Source of the DNA: Candidatus Eiseniibacteriota bacterium
GTDB lineage: Bacteria; Eisenbacteria; RBG-16-71-46
DNA length: 64,000 nt
Assembly: GCA_963717505.1 (NCBI GenBank)
Contig: OY970342.1
Location: 256,001-320,000 of the forward strand
Direction of reading: 5' to 3'
Notes under the pieces: model-generated
The model's input: only the letters and a program-made list of their open reading frames with translations
Database searches by the model: none
Told to the model about the DNA's origin: nothing
Position numbers and translations under genes: made by a program
Part shown: in pieces, positions 1 to 8,156 of the stretch
Layout: every line of letters begins with the position of its first letter
Numbering within the stretch: position 1 is the stretch's first letter

Positions 1-2
1 GC

Positions 3-281
3 ATTCCGCAGCTCGACTTCATGCGCTACGGGGTGTTCGCGGCGCGGCGGGCGTGGCTGACCAAGGACCTGGTGCTGAACGCGTTGCCGTTCGCGCGCTT
101 CGACAAGTGGCGCGGCGGCAAGCGGCAGGGCGCTCGTCCGGCGGCGACGAAAGCCGCCCGCACCGCTGCGTCGGCAGCCCAGGGCCCGCGGCCCACCCGA
201 AAACCCGCGACCGCGAAGTCTTCGACCCCACGACGAACCACTCGCAGGACCGCCCCTCGGGGCCGAAAGGAGAAGTCATGA
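3..281 (+). CDS. polX: 3' end of a DNA polymerase X / PHP-domain protein with a basic K/R/A/T-rich tail (5' partial)
   Basis: QLDFMRYGVFAARRAWLTKDLVLNALP matches the end of the PolX PHP domain. Stop overlaps the next start (ATGA at 278-281). Confidence 0.75.
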   Translation: MPQLDFMRYGVFAARRAWLTKDLVLNALPFARFDKWRGGKRQGARPAATKAARTAASAAQGPRPTRKPATAKSSTPRRTTRRTAPRGRKEKS

Positions 282-631
282 TTCCGAGAGAGGCCACGCT
301 GCTTCGCGTGTTCATCGGCGAGAGCGATCGCTGCGACGGCCGGCCACTGTACGAGGCCATCGTGCTCAAGGCCCGCGAGCTGCATCTGGCCGGGGCCACC
401 GTGCTGCGCGGCATCATGGGGTTCGGCCGCAGCTCGCGCCTGCACACGGCCAAGGTTCTGCGCCTGTCCGAGGATCTGCCGATCGTGGTCGAGATCACCG
501 ACGACGAGGCCAGGATCCAGACCCTGTTGCCCTGGCTCGAGCAAGTGGTCACCGGCGGATTGATCACGATGGAGCGGGCGCATGCGATTCGTTACGCGGG
601 ACGCGGGCCGGCAGAACGCGAGGGGGCGTGA
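278..631 (+). CDS. DUF190 (PII-like) protein
   Basis: LLRVFIGESD...GATVLRGIMGFG...LSEDLPIVVEI. RBS GGAG upstream. This family is typically found next to crcB. Confidence 0.9.
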   Translation: MIPREATLLRVFIGESDRCDGRPLYEAIVLKARELHLAGATVLRGIMGFGRSSRLHTAKVLRLSEDLPIVVEITDDEARIQTLLPWLEQVVTGGLITMERAHAIRYAGRGPAEREGA

Positions 632-668
632 TGGTCCCCCGCCCGAAGGCCTCCGCGAGGGCCTGCTG

Positions 669-1055
669 ATGAGCCCGACCTTCCAGACCTTGCTCCTGGT
701 CGCCCTCGGCGGCGCCGCCGGCACCCTCCTGCGATTCGCGCTCGGCGGCTGGCTGGCGCGTGCCACGGGCGGCGTATTCCCGTGGGAAACCCTGATCATC
801 AACGTCGCGGGCTGCCTTGGGGTGGGCGTCGTTGCCGGGGCGCTCGATCGCGGAGCGCTGCTGTCGCCGCCGGTGCGGATGGCCCTGATGGTCGGGCTGT
901 TCGGCGGCTTCACGACGTTTTCGACGTTCGCGCTGGAGACCCTGCGGCTCGCATCGGCGGCTCAATGGGGAGGCGTGCTGGCCTACGTCACCCTGTCGAA
1001 CGCGCTCGGACTCGGCGCCGCGTGGCTGGGCCACCGCGTTGCGTTCTGGGCTTAG
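669..1055 (+). CDS. crcB: Fluoride efflux channel CrcB/FluC
   Basis: GGAAGTLLR, FPWETLIINVAGC and GLFGGFTTFSTF signature motifs; four TM segments. Confidence 0.95.
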   Translation: MSPTFQTLLLVALGGAAGTLLRFALGGWLARATGGVFPWETLIINVAGCLGVGVVAGALDRGALLSPPVRMALMVGLFGGFTTFSTFALETLRLASAAQWGGVLAYVTLSNALGLGAAWLGHRVAFWA

Positions 1056-1168
1056 CAGGTTCCCGGTCGCAGCAGAAACTCCACGAGAAAACGCACTCGG
1101 CAACCGCACTCGCACTCGGCTACACTCATCCCCCTGACTTTCGACCCGGCCGACCAGGATCAACCCCC

Positions 1169-2527
1169 ATGCGACTTCCCGCGATTGCACTGGCCGCTGC
1201 ACTGCTCCTGACGCTACGCGTCTCCCCCGCACCCGCCGCCGTCCCGGCCAACTTCGTCGATCAACCCGTGGTCAACATGCTCGAGGCCCCGGTCGGATTC
1301 GCGTTCCTGCCCGACGGGCGCATCCTCGTGGTCGAGCAGACGACCGGAAACATCAAGCTCCACACGGCGATCTTCCCGGTGACGCTCGCCACGCTTCCCG
1401 ACTTCCAGGTCAGCTACGAGGAAGGATTGCTCGGGATCGCGGTCGACCCGCGCTGGCCGACCAAGCCGCACATCTACGTGCACTACACCAGCAACGAGTC
1501 CCCGAGCATGATTCACATCACGCGGTTCACGCTGGCGGGTGATCTGACCGGAACCAGCGGCGGCGCCATGACGCTCGACCTCGGAACGCGTTACGAAATC
1601 CTGAGCGACATTCCGAACCTGAACTTCAATCACAACGGCGGCACGGTGCGCTTCGGCCCCGACCAGATGTTGTACGCAAGCGTGGGCGACGACAATCTCG
1701 CCTGCAATACCGCGCAGGATTCGACACAGCTGAGCGGCAAGATCCTGAGGCTCGACATTCGAGGCCTGCCCGACGGCCCCGGCGGCCCGGCCGACAAGGC
1801 GACGATCGCGCCGGCCGACAACCCGGCCGCTTCGCACCCCAACCTGAACGCCCGACTGGTGTGGGCCATGGGGCTGCGCAACCCGTTCCGCTTCCACATC
1901 GACGCGCTGACCGGCGACCTCTTGATTGCCGACGTCGGCCAAACGGAGTGGGAGGAAGTCGACCTGGCCGAGACCGGAGGCCTCAACTTCGGTTGGCCGT
2001 GGCGCGAGGGTCCCGTCCCATTCAGCGGCTGCGCGACCGACCCGACTTCGGGCTTCACCGACCCGATCTATTCGTTCGACCACAGTGTCGGCGCGTCGGT
2101 GATCAGCGCCGGGGTCTATCGGCAGAACGGCGGCGCCAGCCAGTTCCCCAGCGACTATGAAGGCGACATTTTCTTCAGCGACTACTTCAGCGGCGAGATC
2201 TATCGGCTGAAGAACATTGGCAGCGGGTGGACGATCGCGCCCCCGGTGCCCGGACAGCCCTCGCCCACCGCCTGGGCCGACGGGTTCTTTGGAGTGACCG
2301 ACTTCGCGATCGGGCCCGATGGCGCGCTGTGGTACCTGCGCCAGGGAACCGACGAACGCATCCATCGTATCGCCTACGTCGGGCCCACCGCGGTCGACCC
2401 GTCGTTCACCCCGGCGCCTTCGCCGGACCGCGCCTTCTACGACCTGCAAGGCCGGCGTGTCGACGAGCCCAAACAGAATGGTCTCTACTTCACGCGGGAG
2501 GGCCGTCGCAAGGTCGTCGTGAGGTAA
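1169..2527 (+). CDS. Exported PQQ-dependent sugar dehydrogenase (glucose/sorbosone dehydrogenase family), copy 1, with short C-terminal sorting tail
   Basis: Signal peptide; EEGLLGIAVDP, HNGGTVRFGPD, GKILR, GLRNPFR and DVGQ..WEE motifs; tail YDLQGRRVDEPKQNGLYFTREGRRKVVVR. Confidence 0.9.
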   Translation: MRLPAIALAAALLLTLRVSPAPAAVPANFVDQPVVNMLEAPVGFAFLPDGRILVVEQTTGNIKLHTAIFPVTLATLPDFQVSYEEGLLGIAVDPRWPTKPHIYVHYTSNESPSMIHITRFTLAGDLTGTSGGAMTLDLGTRYEILSDIPNLNFNHNGGTVRFGPDQMLYASVGDDNLACNTAQDSTQLSGKILRLDIRGLPDGPGGPADKATIAPADNPAASHPNLNARLVWAMGLRNPFRFHIDALTGDLLIADVGQTEWEEVDLAETGGLNFGWPWREGPVPFSGCATDPTSGFTDPIYSFDHSVGASVISAGVYRQNGGASQFPSDYEGDIFFSDYFSGEIYRLKNIGSGWTIAPPVPGQPSPTAWADGFFGVTDFAIGPDGALWYLRQGTDERIHRIAYVGPTAVDPSFTPAPSPDRAFYDLQGRRVDEPKQNGLYFTREGRRKVVVR

Positions 2528-2532
2528 GCGTC

Positions 2533-3876
2533 ATGCGAATCGCTGCCTGCCTTGCCTTGTTCCTCCTTTCGGCTCCTGCCGTGGCGCCCGCGGCAACGCC
2601 CACGGACTTCATCGACGAACTCAGAGCCAGCGGACTCAGCGAACCGGTCGGCATGGCATTCCTGCCCGACGGCCGGCTGCTGGTGGTCGAGCAATTCAGC
2701 GCCGCAATCAAGATGGTTCGCAACGGCGTCGTCAGCACGTTGACGGTGGTCCCCAACGTCCAGACCGGCGGCGAGCAGGGGCTGCTCGGCATCGCGGTCG
2801 ATCCGCGCTGGCCATTCCAACCGCACATCTACGTGCACTACACGTTCGCGGAATTGCCGGGGACAATCCGCATTTCGCGCTTCACGCTTTCCGGGGATCT
2901 CACCAACACGGAAAACGGATCTCTCACGCTCATCCCCGGCTTGCGCTACGACCTGATCACCGACATCGCGAACGACTTCACCAACCACAACGGCGGCACC
3001 GTCCGCTTCGGCCCCGACGGCATGCTGTACGTGAGCCTGGGCGAGGATGCGCGCGCGTGCCTCGCCCAGGACTCGACCGAACTCAACGGCAAGATCCTGC
3101 GACTCGACGTCACCCGGCTTCCCATAACGCCCGGAGGTCCGCCCGCCCGGTCGTTGATCACCCCGCCCGACAACCCGTTCGTCAACCACCCGAATGCCAA
3201 CGCCCGCCTGGTGTGGGCGATGGGGCTTCGGAATCCGTTCCGCTTCCACATCGACGCGCCGACCGGCGATTTGTTCATTGCCGACGTCGGACAGAGCGCG
3301 TGGGAAGAGATCGACCACGCGACCGGACCCGGACTCAACTTCGGCTGGCCGTGGCGCGAAGGCCCCGATCCCCTGGGCGCGTGCGGGAGCGGACCGACCA
3401 CCGGATTCACGCCGCCGATCCATGCTTTCGATCACGACATCATGACGGTCGCAATCAGCGCAGGGCTCTATCGGAGGAACGGAGGCGCACTCCAGTTTCC
3501 TTACTCCTACGAGGGCGACTACTTCTTCTCGTCCTACTACGACGGCGCGCTGTATCGACTCAAGGAGTCGGGCGGCTCGTGGTTCATCGCGCCCCAGGTT
3601 CCCGGCCAGACGGGCCTCGCGTGGGCGACCGGACTCCAGAATGCCGCCGACTTCGCGATCGGTCCCGACGGCGGCCTGTGGTACTGCCGCCAGGGTGTGG
3701 GCACCGTCCGGCGGATCTCGTTCATCGGCGTCACGGCGGTCGACCCGGCGCCCCTCCCGGGCCCGGATCCCGAGGACCGCGCCTACTACGACCTGCAGGG
3801 CAGGCGGGTGGACGAACCCAAGCAAAATGGGCTCTACTTCACCCGTGACGGCAGGCGTAAGGTCGTACTTCGCTAG
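2533..3876 (+). CDS. Exported PQQ-dependent sugar dehydrogenase, copy 2
   Basis: Start at MRIAACLALF; same GSDH motifs and C-terminal tail as copy 1. Confidence 0.9.
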   Translation: MRIAACLALFLLSAPAVAPAATPTDFIDELRASGLSEPVGMAFLPDGRLLVVEQFSAAIKMVRNGVVSTLTVVPNVQTGGEQGLLGIAVDPRWPFQPHIYVHYTFAELPGTIRISRFTLSGDLTNTENGSLTLIPGLRYDLITDIANDFTNHNGGTVRFGPDGMLYVSLGEDARACLAQDSTELNGKILRLDVTRLPITPGGPPARSLITPPDNPFVNHPNANARLVWAMGLRNPFRFHIDAPTGDLFIADVGQSAWEEIDHATGPGLNFGWPWREGPDPLGACGSGPTTGFTPPIHAFDHDIMTVAISAGLYRRNGGALQFPYSYEGDYFFSSYYDGALYRLKESGGSWFIAPQVPGQTGLAWATGLQNAADFAIGPDGGLWYCRQGVGTVRRISFIGVTAVDPAPLPGPDPEDRAYYDLQGRRVDEPKQNGLYFTRDGRRKVVLR

Positions 3877-3933
3877 GTGGCTGTGCTGCCGCAAACGCGG
3901 CCACGCCTGATTGTGCCGCAGAGAGATGGTTCC

Positions 3934-5286
3934 TTGCGTTACCTCAGTTTGATCATGGCCGGCGCGCTGGCGCTCGCGCCCACAACCAGCACGGCGAGCA
4001 CGCCGCTCGGTTTTGTCGACCAACCCCAGGTGACGGGGCTCGAACGCCCGGTCGGGTTCACCTTCCTGCCCGACGGGCGCATCCTGATCGTCGAGCAGTT
4101 GTCCGGGGCGATCCGCGCGGCGGAGAACGGCGTGGTATCGACGCTGACCGTGGTGCCCGACCTGGTCGCCGGGGGCGAGCAAGGGTTGCTGGGAATTGCG
4201 GTCGATCCCCGGTGGCCGGCGGCGCCCTACATCTACGTCCATTTCACCCGCGCGGGATTCCCGTCGACGATCTGCGTGACGCGCTACGCGCTCGGCGACG
4301 ACTTCGAACGCGGCGGCGGCGGCTTGAGCATAGACCCCGCCTCGCGCTTCGACGTGTTGAACGACATTCCCAACGACGATCCGATCCACAACGGCGGCAC
4401 GTTGCGCTTCGGTCCCGACCGGATGCTCTACGTCAGCATTGGCGACGACGCGATCGCGTGCCGGTCGCAGGACACGACCAGCTTGAACGGCAAGATCCTG
4501 CGGCTCGACGTGCGCAACCTGCCCGACGGCCCCGGCGGCCCGGCCGACAAGGCTTTGCTGGCGCCGGCCGACAACCCGTTCGCCAGCCACCCGGACCCGA
4601 ACGCGCGGCTGGTGTGGGCCATGGGCCTCCGCAACCCCTTCCGATTCAACATTCATCCAACGACCGGCGAGGTGTTCGTGGCCGACGTCGGACAGGACGA
4701 ATGGGAAGAGCTCGACATCGCGAGCACCCCCGGCCTCAACTATGGTTGGCCATGGCGAGAAGGTCCGTGGTCGCTCGGCATGTGCGGCGAGAACGCGGAC
4801 AGTGGATTCGTCGAGCCCACGCAGGCGTTCGATCACGGCGAGATGAGCGCCATCATCAGTGGCAGCGTCTACACGCGTAACGGCGGCCGCCACCAATTTC
4901 CGCCGGAATACGACGGCGACTTCTTCTTCTCGGACTACGGGTCGGGGAATCTGCTGCGACTCGAGAACACGGCCGGCGTCTGGTCGATCGCACCCCCGGT
5001 GATCGGACAGCCCTCGTCGCGAGTCTGGGCTGACGGGCTGATTACGGCCTCGGACTACTCGATTGGCCCCGACGGCGCCCTTTGGTATGCCAGCAACCGA
5101 TTCGAAGGCTCCCTCAACCGGATCGCCTACGTCTTCGGGATCGACGAAGAGGAACCCCCACCCGGGCCGGATGTGGGACCCGAGGATCCCGTCTACTACG
5201 ACCTGCAGGGCCGGCGCGTCGACGACCCCAAGCAGAACGGGCTCTACTTTACGCGCACTGGGAAGCGGAAAGTCGTGCTTCGTTAG
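3934..5286 (+). CDS. Exported PQQ-dependent sugar dehydrogenase, copy 3
   Basis: Probable TTG start (MRYLSLIMAGALALAP); GTG at 3877 is an alternative. Same motifs and tail. Confidence 0.88.
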   Translation: MRYLSLIMAGALALAPTTSTASTPLGFVDQPQVTGLERPVGFTFLPDGRILIVEQLSGAIRAAENGVVSTLTVVPDLVAGGEQGLLGIAVDPRWPAAPYIYVHFTRAGFPSTICVTRYALGDDFERGGGGLSIDPASRFDVLNDIPNDDPIHNGGTLRFGPDRMLYVSIGDDAIACRSQDTTSLNGKILRLDVRNLPDGPGGPADKALLAPADNPFASHPDPNARLVWAMGLRNPFRFNIHPTTGEVFVADVGQDEWEELDIASTPGLNYGWPWREGPWSLGMCGENADSGFVEPTQAFDHGEMSAIISGSVYTRNGGRHQFPPEYDGDFFFSDYGSGNLLRLENTAGVWSIAPPVIGQPSSRVWADGLITASDYSIGPDGALWYASNRFEGSLNRIAYVFGIDEEEPPPGPDVGPEDPVYYDLQGRRVDDPKQNGLYFTRTGKRKVVLR

Positions 5287-5332
5287 CGAGCCCTTGACCC
5301 GGGGCCGCCGGTACATCTAGATAGCGGAATCC

Positions 5333-8146
5333 ATGAAGGCCACCCCGACAAGACAGATGGTGGGCGCCGCCGCACTCTTGACGATGGTGTTCTCAGCGCC
5401 CGCGACCCGCGCCGCCGACGCGCCCGCGACCTCGGACACCTTGTTCGCCCCAGTGCGCGCCCAGATCGAACGCGGGGCCGTCCCCGCCAAGGCCAAGACC
5501 GGAGGATCGGTGCAGGCCGAGGTCGTGTTGGCCGTGCTCAGCTCCGGCCGAGTCGACGAAGCCACGGGGTTGCTCGGCCGAATCGACGGCGACCCACGCC
5601 TGGTCGCCGCCACCAAGCTTCAGGTGCTGCTCGCGCGCCAGGATTTCGTCAACGCCCGATTGGTCGCCGATCAGATCGTGAATCGCAAGGAACCGACGAC
5701 TGCCGAGCGCGTGGCCCGTTTCACCTGGCTCTACGCGATCGACGACGCGGCGACCGTCGATCGCCTGACGCGCGACCACTCGCTGGCGCCCGGCACCAAG
5801 GCGCCGATTGCCGATCTGCTCGCGGCCGGCCGGCTCGCCTACGACCTCTTGAACTATCCGCGCGCCGAGTCGTGCTTTACGCGCGTGCTCGAAGCCACCG
5901 AAAAGGCGACTCCCTACCGCGGCGACGAAGCCAGCCAGGAGCGCGACGTGCGCGTCGGCATGGCAGTCACGCGCGCCGCGCGCTCGGCCGCGCTGCGCGG
6001 CATGGGCCAGGTGCTCCACAAACGACGCGACTACGACGGCTCGCTCGATCGGCTGGTGGCCGGGTCCAGGTTGCACGCCACACCCGATCTGATGCTGTCG
6101 ATGGCCGAGACGCTGATTCGCCTCGGCCGCACCGACGATGCGGTCACCGCCGGCGAATACGCCGTGAAGCTCGGCCCCTATCACGATGGCGCCCACTACC
6201 TGCTCGGCAACGGCTACGCGCGCAAGACCTACACCGAGCTGGAAGCCGCGCACCCCAGGGCCTTCGCCGGCACCGCCGCGCGCGCCGAGTTCGCTCGCGC
6301 CGATCGCATGCGTGCCGCCGGCGACCGCAAGGCGGCGCGCACCATTCTCGACTCGCTGCGCAAGGCGCAGCCGGTCTGGGCCGATGTGCGCGTGCGCCTG
6401 GCCTCGCTCGACTTCGACGAAGGCTGGTACGAGCTGTCGCGCGACCACGCGATCGCAGCCCTGGCCCTGGTGCCCGACTACGGCCGCGCGCACGCCGTTC
6501 TGGCCAAAGCGCTCGAGCTGCAGCGCTTCATGGTCGACGTGCACCGGCAGGCCTACGAGCGCCGGTTCGCCGCCACGGCCATGCCGATCGTGCCCGGCAT
6601 CGACAAGTTCGTGGTCAACTGGTCGTCGCTGTCGCCTCGGCACCGGAAGCGGGTGGCGATGTCGATCGCGCCCTGGAAGCAGTTCATTCCGGTGCTGATC
6701 GAAGGCGGCTCGACCTACTACATCAAGCCACTGCACGAACTGCTCTCGGACTGCCCGGGCCTCGAGACCCTGCGCGACACGCGCATCGAGTACGACTCGC
6801 GGCTGTGGGACGACGTGCGCGGCGCCGGCGGCTACAACACCGTGACCGGCGTCGAAGACGTCGAGCGCACGATCTTCGATCGATACAACACCGTGCTCCA
6901 CGAACTGAGCCACCAGGTGCACGGCGTGATGACCGCCGACCAGAGCCGCGTGATCCAGGAGCACTACCGCCGCGCCAAGGCAAACGACGACACGACCCAG
7001 AACGGATTCATGTCACGCTACGCTGGCGGCAGCGTGTACGAGTACTTCGCCGAAGGTGCCAACGCGCTTTATTCGCCGAAGCGCGATGCTTACGACCCAC
7101 GCGAAGTCGTGCTCGAGCGCATGCAGGCACTGGACCCGCCGCTCGACACCCTGGTGCGGCAGATGGTCGCGATCACCGACGTCACGCCCAGCTACCCCGT
7201 GGCGTTCGTCAACGCCGGCGACGACCAGGTCTACCGAGGCAAGGTCGACAAAGCGATTCCCTTCTATTCGAAGGCGCTGGCGCACGCGCCCAAGGAGGAA
7301 ACCGCGCTGCGCTCGATGACCTCGGCGCTGACCTTGAAGGGCGACCGCGAAGGAATGATCGCCGCCGGCGAGCGGGCGCGTGCTGCGCATCCGACCAGCG
7401 GCAGTATTGCCAGTGCCGCCGCCGAGGCCCTGTGGCGCGGTGGCCGCGGCTTGGACGCCGCGATCGCCCAGCTCGACGCCGCGCGCGCGACCGTGCGGGC
7501 GGAGGATCGATATCTCGTCGACCAGGACCGCGGGCGACTGCGGTTGGTACGTGGTGATGCCGGCGGAGCGCTCGCGGCGTACGACTCGGTGCTCGCCTAC
7601 CAGTCGGACCACCCGCAGGGCCTTTGGGGCCGGGCCGCGGCGCTGGCCGAAGCCAGGCAATGGGACGAAGCGTTCCCCGCGTACGACAAGGCCGTGCGCA
7701 TGCGCACTGGGATCGCCGCGCTGCGATGCGACTACGCGCGGGATCTCATTCGCGCCGGACGGCTGGATTCGGCGAAGGTCCAGCTCGACGAGGCGGGGCT
7801 ATTGGATGTCGAGAATCCGACCGCCGAGGCGTTGCGCGGCTGGCTGGCCTTGGAGCGCGGTCAGGCGGATTCGGCGAAGGCCCACGCCGAGAAGGCGATC
7901 GAATGGGGCGAATGGTCGGACCTGGCGCACATCGTGCTGTCGCGCGCACACACGGCTCTCGGGAATTCGACCGCAGCCTCTGCAGCGCTGGATCCCGTGC
8001 GGCAGCGGATCGAGAGCGGGATGCCGCCGCAGTACGTGTACCGCGCGAAGCTCAGTTCCTGGGAGTCGGTGCACGAGCTGCCGGAGTGGGAACGCGCGAT
8101 GGTGAATGGGAAGGGCCCGGTCGACGGCCCCTCGGGCGGGCGTTAG
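5333..8146 (+). CDS. Exported TPR-repeat protein with a central HEXXH zinc-metallopeptidase domain
   Basis: Signal peptide; TPR-like helices on both sides; NTVLHELSHQVH followed by SRYAGGSVYEYFAE. Confidence 0.75.
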   Translation: MKATPTRQMVGAAALLTMVFSAPATRAADAPATSDTLFAPVRAQIERGAVPAKAKTGGSVQAEVVLAVLSSGRVDEATGLLGRIDGDPRLVAATKLQVLLARQDFVNARLVADQIVNRKEPTTAERVARFTWLYAIDDAATVDRLTRDHSLAPGTKAPIADLLAAGRLAYDLLNYPRAESCFTRVLEATEKATPYRGDEASQERDVRVGMAVTRAARSAALRGMGQVLHKRRDYDGSLDRLVAGSRLHATPDLMLSMAETLIRLGRTDDAVTAGEYAVKLGPYHDGAHYLLGNGYARKTYTELEAAHPRAFAGTAARAEFARADRMRAAGDRKAARTILDSLRKAQPVWADVRVRLASLDFDEGWYELSRDHAIAALALVPDYGRAHAVLAKALELQRFMVDVHRQAYERRFAATAMPIVPGIDKFVVNWSSLSPRHRKRVAMSIAPWKQFIPVLIEGGSTYYIKPLHELLSDCPGLETLRDTRIEYDSRLWDDVRGAGGYNTVTGVEDVERTIFDRYNTVLHELSHQVHGVMTADQSRVIQEHYRRAKANDDTTQNGFMSRYAGGSVYEYFAEGANALYSPKRDAYDPREVVLERMQALDPPLDTLVRQMVAITDVTPSYPVAFVNAGDDQVYRGKVDKAIPFYSKALAHAPKEETALRSMTSALTLKGDREGMIAAGERARAAHPTSGSIASAAAEALWRGGRGLDAAIAQLDAARATVRAEDRYLVDQDRGRLRLVRGDAGGALAAYDSVLAYQSDHPQGLWGRAAALAEARQWDEAFPAYDKAVRMRTGIAALRCDYARDLIRAGRLDSAKVQLDEAGLLDVENPTAEALRGWLALERGQADSAKAHAEKAIEWGEWSDLAHIVLSRAHTALGNSTAASAALDPVRQRIESGMPPQYVYRAKLSSWESVHELPEWERAMVNGKGPVDGPSGGR

Positions 8147-8156
8147 CGGACGACGC

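Noticed and set aside
1056-1168. Short CGCACTC repeats in the intergenic region
   Set aside because: Only three or four degenerate copies; low-complexity spacer with no recognisable RNA.
2485-5316. 943-aa antisense ORF and other long shadow ORFs (e.g. 33803..36499, 53159..55183, 43320..45578)
   Set aside because: They are antisense or alternate-frame to well-supported genes, Arg/Ala/Pro-rich and carry no motifs. This is expected at high GC.
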